DNA from: Octopus bimaculoides
Taxonomy: Eukaryota
Direction of reading: 5' to 3'
Assembly: GCF_001194135.2 (NCBI RefSeq)
Contig: NC_069000.1
Location: 29,814,547-29,878,546 of the forward strand
Length of the DNA: 64,000 bases
The notes under the pieces are model-generated. The model was not told the DNA's origin, made no database searches, and saw nothing but the letters and a program-made list of their open reading frames with translations. The first letter of the stretch is position 1; each line of letters starts with the position of its first letter. Of this stretch, positions 34,677-46,793 are shown piece after piece. Made by a program: the position numbers and the translations under genes.

Positions 34677-37600
34677 TCAACTACCTCCACCACCTCTGAC
34701 CCTTCAGCAGTCATATTACTCTGTCAGGCAAAATGCTTAACAGAATTTCATCTGTCCTGAGTTCAAATTCTGCCAAGGTCAACTTTGCCGTTCACCCTTT
34801 CAAGGATGATAAAATAAGTACCATCTGAATACTGGGGTTGATGTAATTGACTGACATCCCCCACCCCTGAAATTACTGGCTTTGTGTCAAAATTTGAAAT
34901 TATTTTGTAGGTTTGAGATTTTGATGATGTTATTGTTTATTTTTAGAATGACATTATAGGGTAGGTGTGAGAAACCAGATCTAGTTGGTTTGAACAAAGA
35001 GTGGGTAAAATGTTTGTGCCTGATATGGCTGGTTTAAATGTGAATATGCTTATGCCAGAAATCATTACTATCATCACCACTTTCCTCCTTAGGGTTTAAA
35101 TGTGAATATGATCTTGTGTCTAATGTTTGAAATTATAACAAAAGTTTTTTTTAAAGTGACATTAGACAAAATACTTCACAGTATATGTTTGAGCTCAAAT
35201 CCTGCTGAGGGCCAACATTATCTTCCATCTTTCTGCATCAATAAAATACATTATCATTAAAGTTCTGAAAGTGGGGCAATATAATCACCTCTAATCTCTA
35301 TTTTCTGGCTTTGTACCTATGTCCAGTGTTGGAGATTATTAGCAAAATAAGTTGGGTGTAGGATAAAATACTTGTTTAAATTGCATCCTTTGTAGGTTTT
35401 GAATTTGAATCTTGCCAAGGTAGGCTTTGTCTTTAGTCCTTCCTTGGGCTGATAAGCCAGTCAAGTACTTGTGGATCAATCAAATCAATTAAAAATCATC
35501 TCATCAAATTAAGTCAGTGAACTGAGAGACTGGTTAGCATGCCAGGCAAAATGCTTAGTGGTATTTCACCTGATTTCACATTCTGAGTTCAAAATCCACT
35601 GAAGTCAACTTTGCCTTTCATGCTTGATAAAATAAAGTTGAAGACTGCAGTTGATGTAATCAACTTACTCCCATCTTGAATTTGCTTGCCTTGAGCCAAA
35701 ATTTAGAATCATTATTAATACCAGAAATGAACTATTATCAGGAACATGAATATTATTATTGGATTGGCAAAATGAATCATTAGAGCCAGAGAGTATCTTT
35801 TGGAAGTTATAATCATTTACATTCTGAGTTCAAACTTTCAGAAACTCACCTTTCATCCTTCTAAGTACCAGTCCACCAGTCCTGTCTGTCCACAACAAAA
35901 CGTGACCTTGTGCTTATAATAGAACTCATTTTTCATCAACATTTTTATTGTCTTTAATATTTTTATTCATTAAACAATCAATGAAAAGTTGTATATAAAT
36001 TAGATGAATACTTTCAGACAATCCACTCACAAACTTCAACATTTTATAAAACGTTTCTTTCAAGAATTATCTCTTCAGACATATGGTGAATTATAGAAAA
36101 ATAAACCCTCATGTTAAGGGTTACAATTAGACAATCTTTCAAACTGAGAAATCGAGGTCTTTATTAGAGATAACATTTGTTTGCTTTAATCCTCTGTTAT
36201 TAAGTTTTTTTTTTTTAATCAAATTCTCAACACAATGTTTAAGAGATTTAATATCTTTGGTAACATTGGTGAGTGCTGTGAACTGTGCCTTTCATGGCAC
36301 TAAGTAATTTGAAGTTGTTGGCTGTGACAGAAGAAAAGAAAACTAAGTACAGAGATGATTAGAGAGATAGTTTGTGTGTCATACTACAGAGTATGTTAAG
36401 ATAGTCCTTGGAGGTGGAGGGTTGGTGATGAAAATCAAAGGAGGAGTGTGTTTGGTGTAAAGGTTAGGAAGTGCATTGTGTTAACATTTGCAACAAACAG
36501 TGATGGAGGGAAGACATATATGCAGGTAATTTCAGGTAGGTTTCAACTAAGGGTGTGATATTTTTTCAATAGCACCAAATATGTATTTAAATAGGAGAGC
36601 AGGGGTGGTAGGCACTTCAAACTTCAAGAAAAAAAAAATTGCAAAAGTATTGTTGAGATGAAAATACAAAGATGTGAGAAATTTCCAAACATGAACTTTA
36701 CAAATATATTATTTACAAGTCATCTAACTTTAGCACCATTGCTGTGTCTTTGCTGAAAAACACATATACGCAGTTCTAGCACCACTGCTTGTTAGCTGTC
36801 AAAACACACATTCACTGTGAAGGTAGAAAAAAAAATAATAAAAATTTTTTAAAAATTTCTGATTGTGACCCTATCTGGACAATCTTTCTGTTGTAATTTA
36901 CAGGAATTCTATCTTATTAGTTGCAGAAACAGCTGCACTTGGTGAGAGTGATTAATATGTAAAATAAATGTCTGAGAACACTAGAGCAACAGTCCACTCA
37001 CTCCTTTCATGGTTTTTCTGACAGTCACCCATTAAAGTAGCTTACAACTCCAATGTCTAACACTTATATTTGCAACTATTTATTAACTCCTATGTCATCA
37101 GTGCTAGCATGGACCAGCTCAGTCCTCTCCTGCTACATTTAGCACATTTCTCTCTCTGATCATATATATATATATATATATATAGACAAAATATTAGGTG
37201 ACATGTGACCCAAACATGGCACTTCCATATATGGTTTAGTCTGGTACACACTAATTATATATATCTCCATCCCACACTCAAAGCAGACAAATAATCAGTG
37301 AATACCTGGGTGTAAGATATCACAAATCAGACTAAAAAGCAAGGTGATGAACATTGTTTACTCTCCGTTCAGCTTCAATTGACGTGGTCAAAACAATTTT
37401 AATTCAAGTAATTTATCTAGGTCTTGATTATCAAATGTTTTCTTCCTATTATTTAGTTGTTTGAAGGAGACGACGTTGGCTGGTAAAGTGGCTATCTAAG
37501 ACAATTAGTCAATTTTAAATGCAAAACATCTATTTATGTAATGCAAACACACAACCAGACGAGTATTAGGACAAAGGTTAGAAAATTATGTTAAAGGGAC

Positions 37601-39438
37601 GCAACTGAAGAAATTATGAGCATCGATGGAAGACAACTCCAGTAAAAGGAGATTTATATTTTAAGGCAAATCAAGTTAACGGATAGTTACTTATTGTTTT
37701 CAATAAGGACGGCCTCTGAATTATTTAATATCTAAGCAATTCTATTTTTCTACACAATATTGAATTTTATTATACTTTGGTTAAGTACTGTGAAGGCTTA
37801 CGAGGGAGAACCCTGGGTATATCGCAGGTATTGGCTTAATATATATATATATTTTTTCTTTTTCCTTAACGTAATTATTTCTAGTTAACATATGTAAATG
37901 TTAACTTTTATTTTTAATGCTAATATATATTAATTATGGGGATATCTTTTTCCTGTTAGATCACTTTACAGTTTTTCATGCCAGTAAATTACACCAGGAT
38001 TTTTAAATCACTGGCTGTGCAGCCTTCAGATCTGTAAAGGGGCCACATATCAGAAACAGTAACAATCCTTGGCTAACAGAAACAATAGTGAAAACTTGAA
38101 AGTCATTTGAGAGGGAGTGAGATTTAGTTTATGTTATGTTTATTAGCCCCAGGAAAGGATGCAGTGTTCATAGCCTTTGCAGGCCATGCCAGGGCTGGCT
38201 GGGTTGGCCGTTCAAAGAAGGACTAGTTGATGGATATAATGTTATGGTTTAATAGCTGAGACAAAAGTAAGGTGGCTGGGAAATATGTTTCCCAGGCAGT
38301 TCTATAATGGTTGCCAATTCAATGGGAGCAGGAACTGTTATAGTCAAAGAGAGGCCTAGCAGACTGTGTATTAGTTGGAGGAGGTGTTATGTTTTAGTTG
38401 GCCAGTTATTGTTTAACTCCAGACCCACACTGTACAGGCATCCCAGCCAAAAGCATCGTTTCTTTCTTTTCATTTTAATTTGACCAAATCTGTAAGATCT
38501 ACATTATCCAGTATGATTTGGATAATTTGGCTGCAATAAATCAAATGACTGCCTCAGTTTCTTGATAAGCCAAGAGCTGGACACTGGGCTCATAACCTGT
38601 ATTTTATGAATTTCTCAAAAAACCTTAATTAGAGATTCTAAATAAGCCAAACACTAATTCTTATTTAAAGTAGAGCTGGTGTATAATTGACTAAATCAAA
38701 CACCATTGTGTCACTGGTATGTTAAATTGACTTCAAAGAGATGAAAAGTTGAAGTTGACCCTGGCAAGAAGTAATTTAGAAATTTAGCAAGTATGAAACT
38801 AAATATTGTGTGGTAATCTGACTTCACATAAATATATAGCAAAAATAGGAATTAAGTATTTAATGTGAATACATGTCAAAAATAAAATATATTTAATCTT
38901 GTTAACCTATAGAAAAAAAAAAAGCGAGGTGATGGTGACAAAGGCACAAGTCGTAGATACTCCCAGTTCACTCTCCAACAATGCAAGGACAAATGGGGCT
39001 GAGATAACAAATGTGAGGATGTGTTATATATGTGATTCATAGGGGAGGTGAGAGCAATGTGTTGTATGAGAGGAAAAGAGAAGGAAATACATAAGAGAGA
39101 GAAAGTTGATGATGATGGATAACTGAGAAGAAAGAAATAAGAGATATATTCAGTAAAAATCAGCATCAATTTTAAGTGGAGAATGAATTCCAGCCAACTT
39201 CATGTGTTTTTTGCAGAGTAGGGGAGAGAATAAATAATGGTAAGGGTAAGATGGCTATAGGGTTTCAATCTCAGGTACTGCTATCTCTGGTTTCAGTGAT
39301 CTGTAGAAGAACTTCTCTGTCGATAAATAAGTGGTGATGGTGTCATTCCTCGGTAGTTGGGGGTCAAAGCAGTACGATTCCTCCTCAGAGACTCCTCATG
39401 GTGAAGTCTGGAATGAGAAATTTGGAAAAACTATTGTA

Positions 39439-40703
39439 TTAGGTTGTTCCAAAAATAATAGCTGATTTCAGAAACAATTTTATTCTAGAAAAATTAACAA
39501 AAGAAATGTTTTGATTAGTCAAAGTATGAGATGTGAACATCTATGCATCTCTACCATCAATCAACGGGATTATTTATGCCTTGTTGATAAAAACTTATTG
39601 GCTTTGATGCTAAGAAATCTTTGAAAGCTGATTCCACTTCTAGTTTGGACCTGAAAATTTTGTCATTTAAAAACGTGTTTAAATGCTTAAAAAAATGGTA
39701 GTCAGTGGGTGAAAGACCAGGAGAATATGGAGGATGTGGTAAAGTCTTGTATCCCAAGTCTGTGAGTTTCTGGAGCATCGTTCTTGCAACATGTGGCTTT
39801 GCATTATTGTGGAACAGAATTTGGCTATACCGATTTACCAATGTAGGTCACATTTTTTGCAAGTGAGCCTGCATTTCAGTGAGTTGATTGCAGTAAACCT
39901 CTGCTGTAATGCTCTGATTGGCTTCCAGAAAACTGTAATGGACAACACCAATTGCAGACCATGAAACAGTCACCATAATGTTTTGCTGATGCAACTTTGG
40001 CTTTGGGAAATGTTTGGGGTCTCATCAATATCAAACGATTGACCTGATTGTTTATGGTTATCACAAAGGATCCACTTTTCGTCACAAGTGACTATTCGGT
40101 CAAGAAAAGGATCATTGGTGTTTCGCAAAAAAAGCATCAAGCAGACGTCAAAACGCCGAACTTTTTGATTTTCATTGAGCTTATGCAGTATCCATTTATC
40201 AAGCTTTTTCACCTTACCAATCTTCTGCAGATTGCGTGAGACCGTTGCAATACCGACACCAAGTGCCTGACATTTCTCTGAGACTCTGACGTGGGTTTTA
40301 TCCAATAATTGCTTTCAGTTGTTCATTGTCAAGATTGCAGGACCGTCCTCTAGCTTCATCTTCAAGGCTCTTATCACCCTTACGGAACTTCTGAAACCAC
40401 TTTTGTACTGTGTGATCATTTGTGGACCCCTCTCCCCATGCTCTGTTGATATTGGCAGCAGTTTGGGAGGCACTGTGCCCAAGCTTGAGCTCATGCAAAA
40501 AAAAGTAAGCAAAGGGCCTTTTTGCCATGTTCATAATTAAGGGCGCCTATGCTTCAAGAATGTTTTCTTTCTGAATTAAGTAGAAAATTATTAAAGAGCA
40601 TACATCAATTATTAAGTATGTCGAAATTCACCTAATTAAAATAATTAAAATACTATGATAAAATTGCGTTTCAAAACACAACATTATTTTCAGAACAACC
40701 TAG
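39439..40703 (-). mobile_element. Full-length decayed mariner (Hsmar1/cecropia-like) DNA transposon
   Basis: TA|TTAGGTTGTTCCAAAAATAAT...ATTATTTTCAGAACAACCTAG|TA: imperfect TIRs, TA duplication, 1,265 bp. Confidence 0.93.
39557..40534 (-). pseudogene. Mariner transposase, frameshifted
   Basis: HTH region (GHSASQTAANINRAWGEG), WILHKL (WVPHEL-like), VTCDEKW, HNNAKPH (catalytic D changed to N), PHPPYSPGLSPTDYHFF. Split over at least four frames. Confidence 0.93.
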
Positions 40704-41471
40704 TAATCACCTTATTTGATATTGAATGTTTTTGTTGAGCTCCAGGTCAACTTCGATTCAGTCTATTATTTAAAAACATTCTGTCTGTGACTATTTTCTC
40801 TGTTGTTTCTGACAATATATCAGAGACTAACCTTGGGAAATATGTCCTTTCTTTTTTAAGATGGTATGGTGTGATTTATGGGAGATCCTAGGTGTTATAT
40901 CTAGCAAGGAAACCGACTGTATATGATTACCATTAATATTGTAGTCTCAGGTGAACTGGTTCAGTATACTTTTAATCAGACATTCCAACCATAACAGTCC
41001 AACTTTTTGTTATAAACTTAGTGTATCATATGGCTGCTATTTCTAGCAGTCTTTGTGTCAGTGGAGGAAATTATTATTTATCCTTTCACCATTCACATTA
41101 TTCTGTCAAAAGCAATGCTTATTTAGTCACATTATTTTGAATTAACCACGTAAGGTAACTTAATTTTTGTAATGATATTGTAGGATTGGTATGAGAGGCC
41201 ACATCTGGCCAGTTTGAATATATGACAAGTGGAATATTTTGGCCTGATATGGCCAGTTTAAATGTTAATGGGTTAATAAGAATTTCTTTCTGCACAAGAT
41301 ACACATATTTTCTTGAAAAAGTTTTAGGGCTCTAAATAAACACTTTTATCATTACCCTTTTATATATTTTATTTTTTAATCAACCCTGTTGAGATCTGAA
41401 TGAATGATTTTAAGAACTAGAAACTATAAATCACAAGACATTTTGTCTGCTTGTTTACAATCTTACAATTA

Positions 41472-41717
41472 TCATTTTATGACTTGTCTAAGACAGTTTA
41501 TACTCAAGCAGTCAGCAATCACCAGATCCTTGTCCTCCATTATATGTAGAAGTGACATGATGCTAAGATACCTGTCCAATCTGTCAGACCAGAATTTTCT
41601 CTTTTGGGGCCCTTCTTTACTTTCCTTCAACTGTACCTTGGAAAATAATTTTCCATCAGGAGTTGTGGTAGGATACTTGTCCCTACTAGCAGAACTGGGT
41701 AGGCCCTTGGTGTTTAA
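41472..41717 (-). CDS. Uncharacterised protein, probable terminal coding exon
   Basis: Acceptor gcttgctacag|TTA. Reads LNTKGLPSSASRDKYPTTTPDGKLFSKVQLKESKEGPQKRKFW...RQVIK*. AATAAA on - near 41370. Other in-ORF acceptors and an internal donor at 41572 are possible. Confidence 0.55.
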   Translation of the reverse strand, partial: LNTKGLPSSASRDKYPTTTPDGKLFSKVQLKESKEGPQKRKFWSDRLDRYLSIMSLLHIMEDKDLVIADCLSINCLRQVIK

Positions 41718-42282
41718 CTGTAGCAAGCACCAGTGTGCCAACCTAATTTTGATAACTTGCTGCCTGACAAAGCTGTTAGTCTTGTACTGTGTGTAGACAA
41801 GATGCATAACAGCCTTCTGAAGCATTTGTGCTTGAATACCAGTAAGTGTCCAGCTTTCACACCTCTACAGAAAACTGAGGTCACTCCAGGGAGTTGTACA
41901 TGAGCTTCACAAGGTAAAAAAAAAAATAAAATTAAATGATGGTATGGCTTTTCCATGACATTTTCTTCACTAATAAATCAAGGACAAAGCCAATATGCAG
42001 TCACTCAATCTACTAAAAATAACAGCCAAATTCCCCACATATTACTTCTTACCAAGTGGAAACACATTGTATAGCTCCAGATACATTATAGAAAGCCTTG
42101 AAATGGCTTTGAGCCAGGGTGAAACAACAATTACTCTATAAGAATTTATTACAGAGACAAAAGATAAGACAGGTGAAAATAAGATTGTGCTATATTCAGG
42201 TTTTTAAAAGAGATCAAAAATACAAGTGAAGGGAAACTACTACAACCGGGACCTGAGCAAGTAAATTAAATTGTTTACTCAC

Positions 42283-42295
42283 AACCACATCCATT
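42283..42295 (-). CDS. Putative 13-nt microexon (R-MDVV)
   Basis: atttacaatacag|AATGGATGTGGTT|gtgagt, phase 2-0. Inferred because it reconciles the phase-2 donor at 44331 with the phase-0 acceptor at 41717. Confidence 0.4.
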
Positions 42296-42359
42296 CTGTA
42301 TTGTAAATCACATTTGATTGTACATTTTTCTTACCTATTGGGTTTTTTTTTATAGAGAA

Positions 42360-43559
42360 CTAGCAGAGGCACCCGGCGTTGCTCAGGAATGAAATTGTTG
42401 CTTATATACTTGAAGAAAAAAAGGCAAAATATGCTGTATAGAAATTTGAGGACATTCTGTAGATGGACTCTCAGATGAATGGGGAAAATTGAAGATGTGC
42501 CAAAAAGCCTCATTGGTACTTGGAAACTTTTACGAAAATTAAAATGGGGATCGTTGCCAGTGCCCCTGGACTGGCTCTTGTGCGGGTGGCACATAAAATA
42601 CACCATTTCGAGCGTGGCCGTTGCCAGTACCGCCTGACTGGCCTTCGTGCGGGTGACACGTAAAAGCACCCACTACACTCTCTGAGTGGTTGGCGTTAGG
42701 AAGGGCATCCAGCTGTAGAAACTCTGCCAAATTAGATTGGNNNNNNNNNNNNNNNNNNNNNNNNNNNNNNNNNNNNNNNNNNNNNNNNNNNNNNNNNNNN
42801 NNNNNNNNNNNNNNNNNNNNNNNNNNNNNNNNNNNNNNNNNNNNNNNNNNNNNNNNNNNNNNNNNNNNNNNNNNNNNNNNNNNNNNNNNNNNNNNNNNNN
42901 NNNNNNNNNNNNNNNNNNNNNNNNNNNNNNNNNNNNNNNNNNNNNNNNNNNNNNNNATGTATGTGTGTGTTTGTAAGAGACAGAGTGTGAGTGAGAGAGA
43001 GGTTTGTTGTCATGTATACGTACATGCATAAATATACATACATCTTTGGATGTATGCATATGACAACACAGCCCTTGACTCACTCACACTCTGTCTCTTA
43101 CAAACACGCACGCGCGCGCATACACACGTGTGTCTTTGTAAATATGTTTGTATACATTTATGTATGTGTGTGTTTGTAAGAGACAGAGTGTGAGTGAGTC
43201 AAGGTGTGTGTGTATGTGTGTGAGAGAGTGAGAGAGCGGTGTGTATGTAGTATTTACTCTCTCTCTCTCTCTCTCTCATACACACGAACACCCACATTCA
43301 CACACAAAATAGAAAGTGAAGCTTTTTGCAGTTGTTACGTCAATACCGGAAGTTGACATTGAGGAACCTTTTTAAAGAAGTGAATCTTAAATATAAAGCA
43401 ATATTATTTATTTTTAATTAAAAAAATCAAATGAAGAGCCTAAGATTTATCCGAGGTCAAATTATTCATGCATTACAAGTATGGAAGCATTTGGTGAAGT
43501 CGATTTCACGTGAAAAGCGATTACACACACATCTCTGTTTTATATATATATAGTATAGA
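42360..43559 (-). mobile_element. Non-autonomous Helitron (spans an N gap; contains an RTE-tail fragment and microsatellites)
   Basis: On -: 5' A|TCTATACTATATATATATAAAACAGAGATGTGTG and 3' CCTGAGCAACGCCGGGTGCCTCTGCTAG|T. The 3' end is homologous to that at 25061-25087. AT target. Confidence 0.75.
42741..42956. other. Assembly gap (216 N)
   Basis: Run of N. Confidence 1.
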
Positions 43560-43686
43560 TCATTACTGCACTTTATAAACTGTGGATGATGAGTGTGTGT
43601 GTGTATGTAATGTGTGTGTGTGTATGTAATGTTTGTGTGTGTATGCAAGTATGTGTGATGAGTGGTGTGAATATGTAATAAGTGAT

Positions 43687-43721
<35 letters not shown>

Positions 43722-44330
43722 TGGAGTAATGAGTGATATGTTTTTTTCTTTGGAAAATACAAGGTGGGCCAAAGATTCAGTATACTCTACAATTGTCAAA
43801 GATGTGCTTCAATATTTCTAAAATTGAATGAAATAATGATGAATACACACATGTAAATGAATAATAATAATAATAATAATAATTATAATAATAATGATAA
43901 ATAAAATGTCAAATGTTTTGGTGCCTGACTTTTGGCCCATCCTGTATAATGTGTGAAGTGTCTTGTCTTTACATCATTTTATTCCATTTTGTTAACTTTA
44001 TGAACCAATTTCAACCAACAGTGACCAATCATTAAATTCTTTAGACTATGATGATGATGAGGAGGAGGAAGATGATGGCACTGATGCTGGTTGTTATGGT
44101 AATCATCATTCTCATCATCTTACATCCACTTATCTGTGCTGGCATTGGTTGAATAGAATATCAGGCAGATGGGGTTTACAGCCAGATGGCCCTCTTGTTG
44201 CCTCTCCTGACACAGGTGTGCCTATCGTTAACTGGGATGGTAATGGTGATGATGTAGGTAACAAACAGTTGTGGTGGATACAATGATAATGGCAATTGTT
44301 GTGGTAGTTATAATAAAAACGTGTAGTTAC

Positions 44331-44407
44331 CTGAGAGACGTGTCTGATAGGGCATCTGTATTATTGAGACTGCTACAAGAGTTGCTTTGTTTATTGCAGT
44401 CATTGAC
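44331..44407 (-). CDS. Uncharacterised protein, 77-nt exon
   Basis: ttctctgatttcaacacacag|GTC...CAG|gtaact, phase 0-2. Reads VNDCNKQSNSCSSLNNTDALSDTSL. Confidence 0.72.
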
Positions 44408-44862
44408 CTGTGTGTTGAAATCAGAGAAGAATGCTGACCATTATATGTTTATACATACATCTTCCTCACACTTTCCTCATCTTGTTTTCAAATTTTGGCA
44501 CAAGGCCAGCAATTTCAGGGAAGTGAGAGAGTCAATCACATTGACCCCAGTATTCAACTGGTACTTATTTTATCGACCCCGAAAGGATAAAAGGCAAAGT
44601 CAACCTTGGTGACATTTAAACTCAGAACATAAAGACAGACAAAATGCTGCAAAGTATTTTGCCTAACGTGCTAACCATTCAGCCAACTCGCCCCCTTACT
44701 TTTATATACCACATTAAAAGCTACTACCTCATATACTTACACCACGTTAAGCACACTAAGCACACATGCCATGCACTCAGCATCAAACATTGTATTATAC
44801 ACATCACTGCAACATATACATACACCACACCCAAACCTCATACAACACTGTTTATGGCTTAA

Positions 44863-45190
44863 GTGAAGGCACATGGCTTAGTGGTTAGAGTATCCGGCTC
44901 ATGATTGTAAGGTCATGAGTTTGATTCGTGGCAGTGCAGTGTGTCCTTAAACAAGACACTATTTCATGTTACTCCAATCCACTCAGCTGGCAAAAGTGAG
45001 TTGTACTTGTAATTCAAAGGATCAACCTTGTCACATTTCGTGTGTTATGGCTGAATCTCCCTGAGAACAACATTAAGGGTACACGTGTCTGAGGAGTGCT
45101 CAGCCACTTGCATGGTAATTTCACAATGGGGCTGTTCTGTTGATCGGATCAACTGGAACCTTTGTTGTTGTAAAAAGATGGGATGGGCAT
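44863..45190 (+). repeat. SINE family D; other copies at about 15078-15395(-), 27170-27365(+), 28283-28800(+, interrupted by an inverted RTE-tail piece at about 28444-28660), 53622-53940(-)
   Basis: TGGCTTAGTGGTTAG head, CTCCCTGAGAAC...AAGGGTACACG and GATCAACTGGAACC body. Confidence 0.8.
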
Positions 45191-45363
45191 GGTAGGAATG
45201 CCATTGATCATAGGTATGCTTGATCAGAATTGACCTGGATTAAACAATAACACAAGCACCACCACCACACAAACTAAACAATACCAACACTACAACTACA
45301 CACACACACTGGAACAACAACTACATCATTAGAAGAAACCATAGTGTTAAGCAAGCTCCTTAC

Positions 45364-45415
45364 CTGTTTATTGAAATATCTTGGTAATCTCCTGTTCCCT
45401 TCAGTTTGGCAGAAT
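45364..45415 (-). CDS. Uncharacterised protein, 52-nt exon
   Basis: ttttattacttccag|A...CAG|gtaagg, phase 2-0. Reads (R)FCQTEGNRRLPRYFNKQ. Confidence 0.72.
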
Positions 45416-46793
45416 CTGGAAGTAATAAAATATTTCTTGATGGAAGAGTAGTTTTTCCATTTTGAAGGGTTTTTTTTTATTTAATAACTCTAAGAACCAA
45501 CCACTACCACCATTAATCTCTAGCATCACCACTTACGTCAACTCTAGCTACCATCCACTACCTCCTCTGTATCTGTCAGTGTTGGCCATCAGTTGACAGC
45601 CATCACTGTAGGCTACCAGCACATGGTCTCTAGAATACAGGTTAGCAAAGTGTTATGGACATTTCCCACAAATCATACTAAACATCTTTAAAAGTATGAC
45701 AGTTTTTCGTGGTGGCAGTGACCCAATGCACTGGAGAATCCAGCACAGTGCACCAAAGAATTCATCAATGAAACAACTTGGAGAAGTTGCAGTGCCTTGC
45801 TAAGGCCAGCACCATGTGTTGGAAAGCATGGAATACCATCATCATCAGAATCTGTCATCTAGTGGCACCCACAGCAGTGTATTGGTTGAGAGGACAACCT
45901 CCCGCTCTGGTTGCCAGCTAGGGATTTTACTTACTAACAGACATACTAAGTCTGAGCAAAAGATGGCTGAAGCATCTTTTCTAAATGGCCTTTCGGTTGT
46001 CATTGTTGTCACCACCACCATCACTCCCTCATGCCTAATTGTTTCAAGGCAAATTAATATCAAGAACTAAATAACACTACTTTGAAGAGATCATCAAAAC
46101 TGCATGTTATTAAGCAAAAAAAAAAATCTCTCAACATTATATATGTCCAATAGACCAGAGTTAATTAGTCAAAAGTATGCCTCTAACAGACCAAACTCAA
46201 TCTTCCACAGTTACTACCATACACCGTCATATAGTCCTCTACATTCTCTATTATATCACATGCACCATGTGTAGTCAGTTCTCCATACATTACTATACAC
46301 TTTCACATCTTACACCTCACATATTCCTCTATATTCAATGCCATGCACCACCATACATCTTAAACACAGCTCATATTGTTTTCAAATTTTGATACAAGGC
46401 CAGCATTTTGGAGATGGGGTAAGTTGATTACATCAACCCCAGTGCCCAACTGGTACTTGTTTTATCCTCCCCAAAAGGATGAAAAGCAAAATCAACTTCA
46501 GCAGAATTTGAACTCAGAACATAAAGACAGATGAAATGCTTAACAGCATTTTATCTGGCATGCCAACAGTTCTGCCAGTTTGTCACCTTGTACACACCTC
46601 TCTAATTGACCTCTATATTTAACCAAGGAAAACTTCTATAAGTTAATTTTGTATCTTCATATCCTGAGTTCATGATTAATTGGATGACTGAAGAAATGAT
46701 TGTGTCTGAAGTTGAAAACCTATCCAACCTGTACCACTACAAATATCAGAAAACTGTAAGTGATCAACTCTCCACAAAATAAAACAAACTTAC

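Noticed and set aside
38387-38489. Alternative last exon of the minus gene (RFGQIKMKRKKRCFWLGCL...*), in phase with a donor at 41572
   Set aside because: The segment resembles a decayed copy of the common interspersed repeat seen at about 30290-30450, and the basic run comes from a pyrimidine tract. It is probably chance, though RNA-seq could rescue it.
42053-42135. 83-nt pseudo-exon with strong splice signals on -
   Set aside because: Lies in the same common repeat, and neither open phase combination (2-1 or 0-2) bridges the required 2-0.
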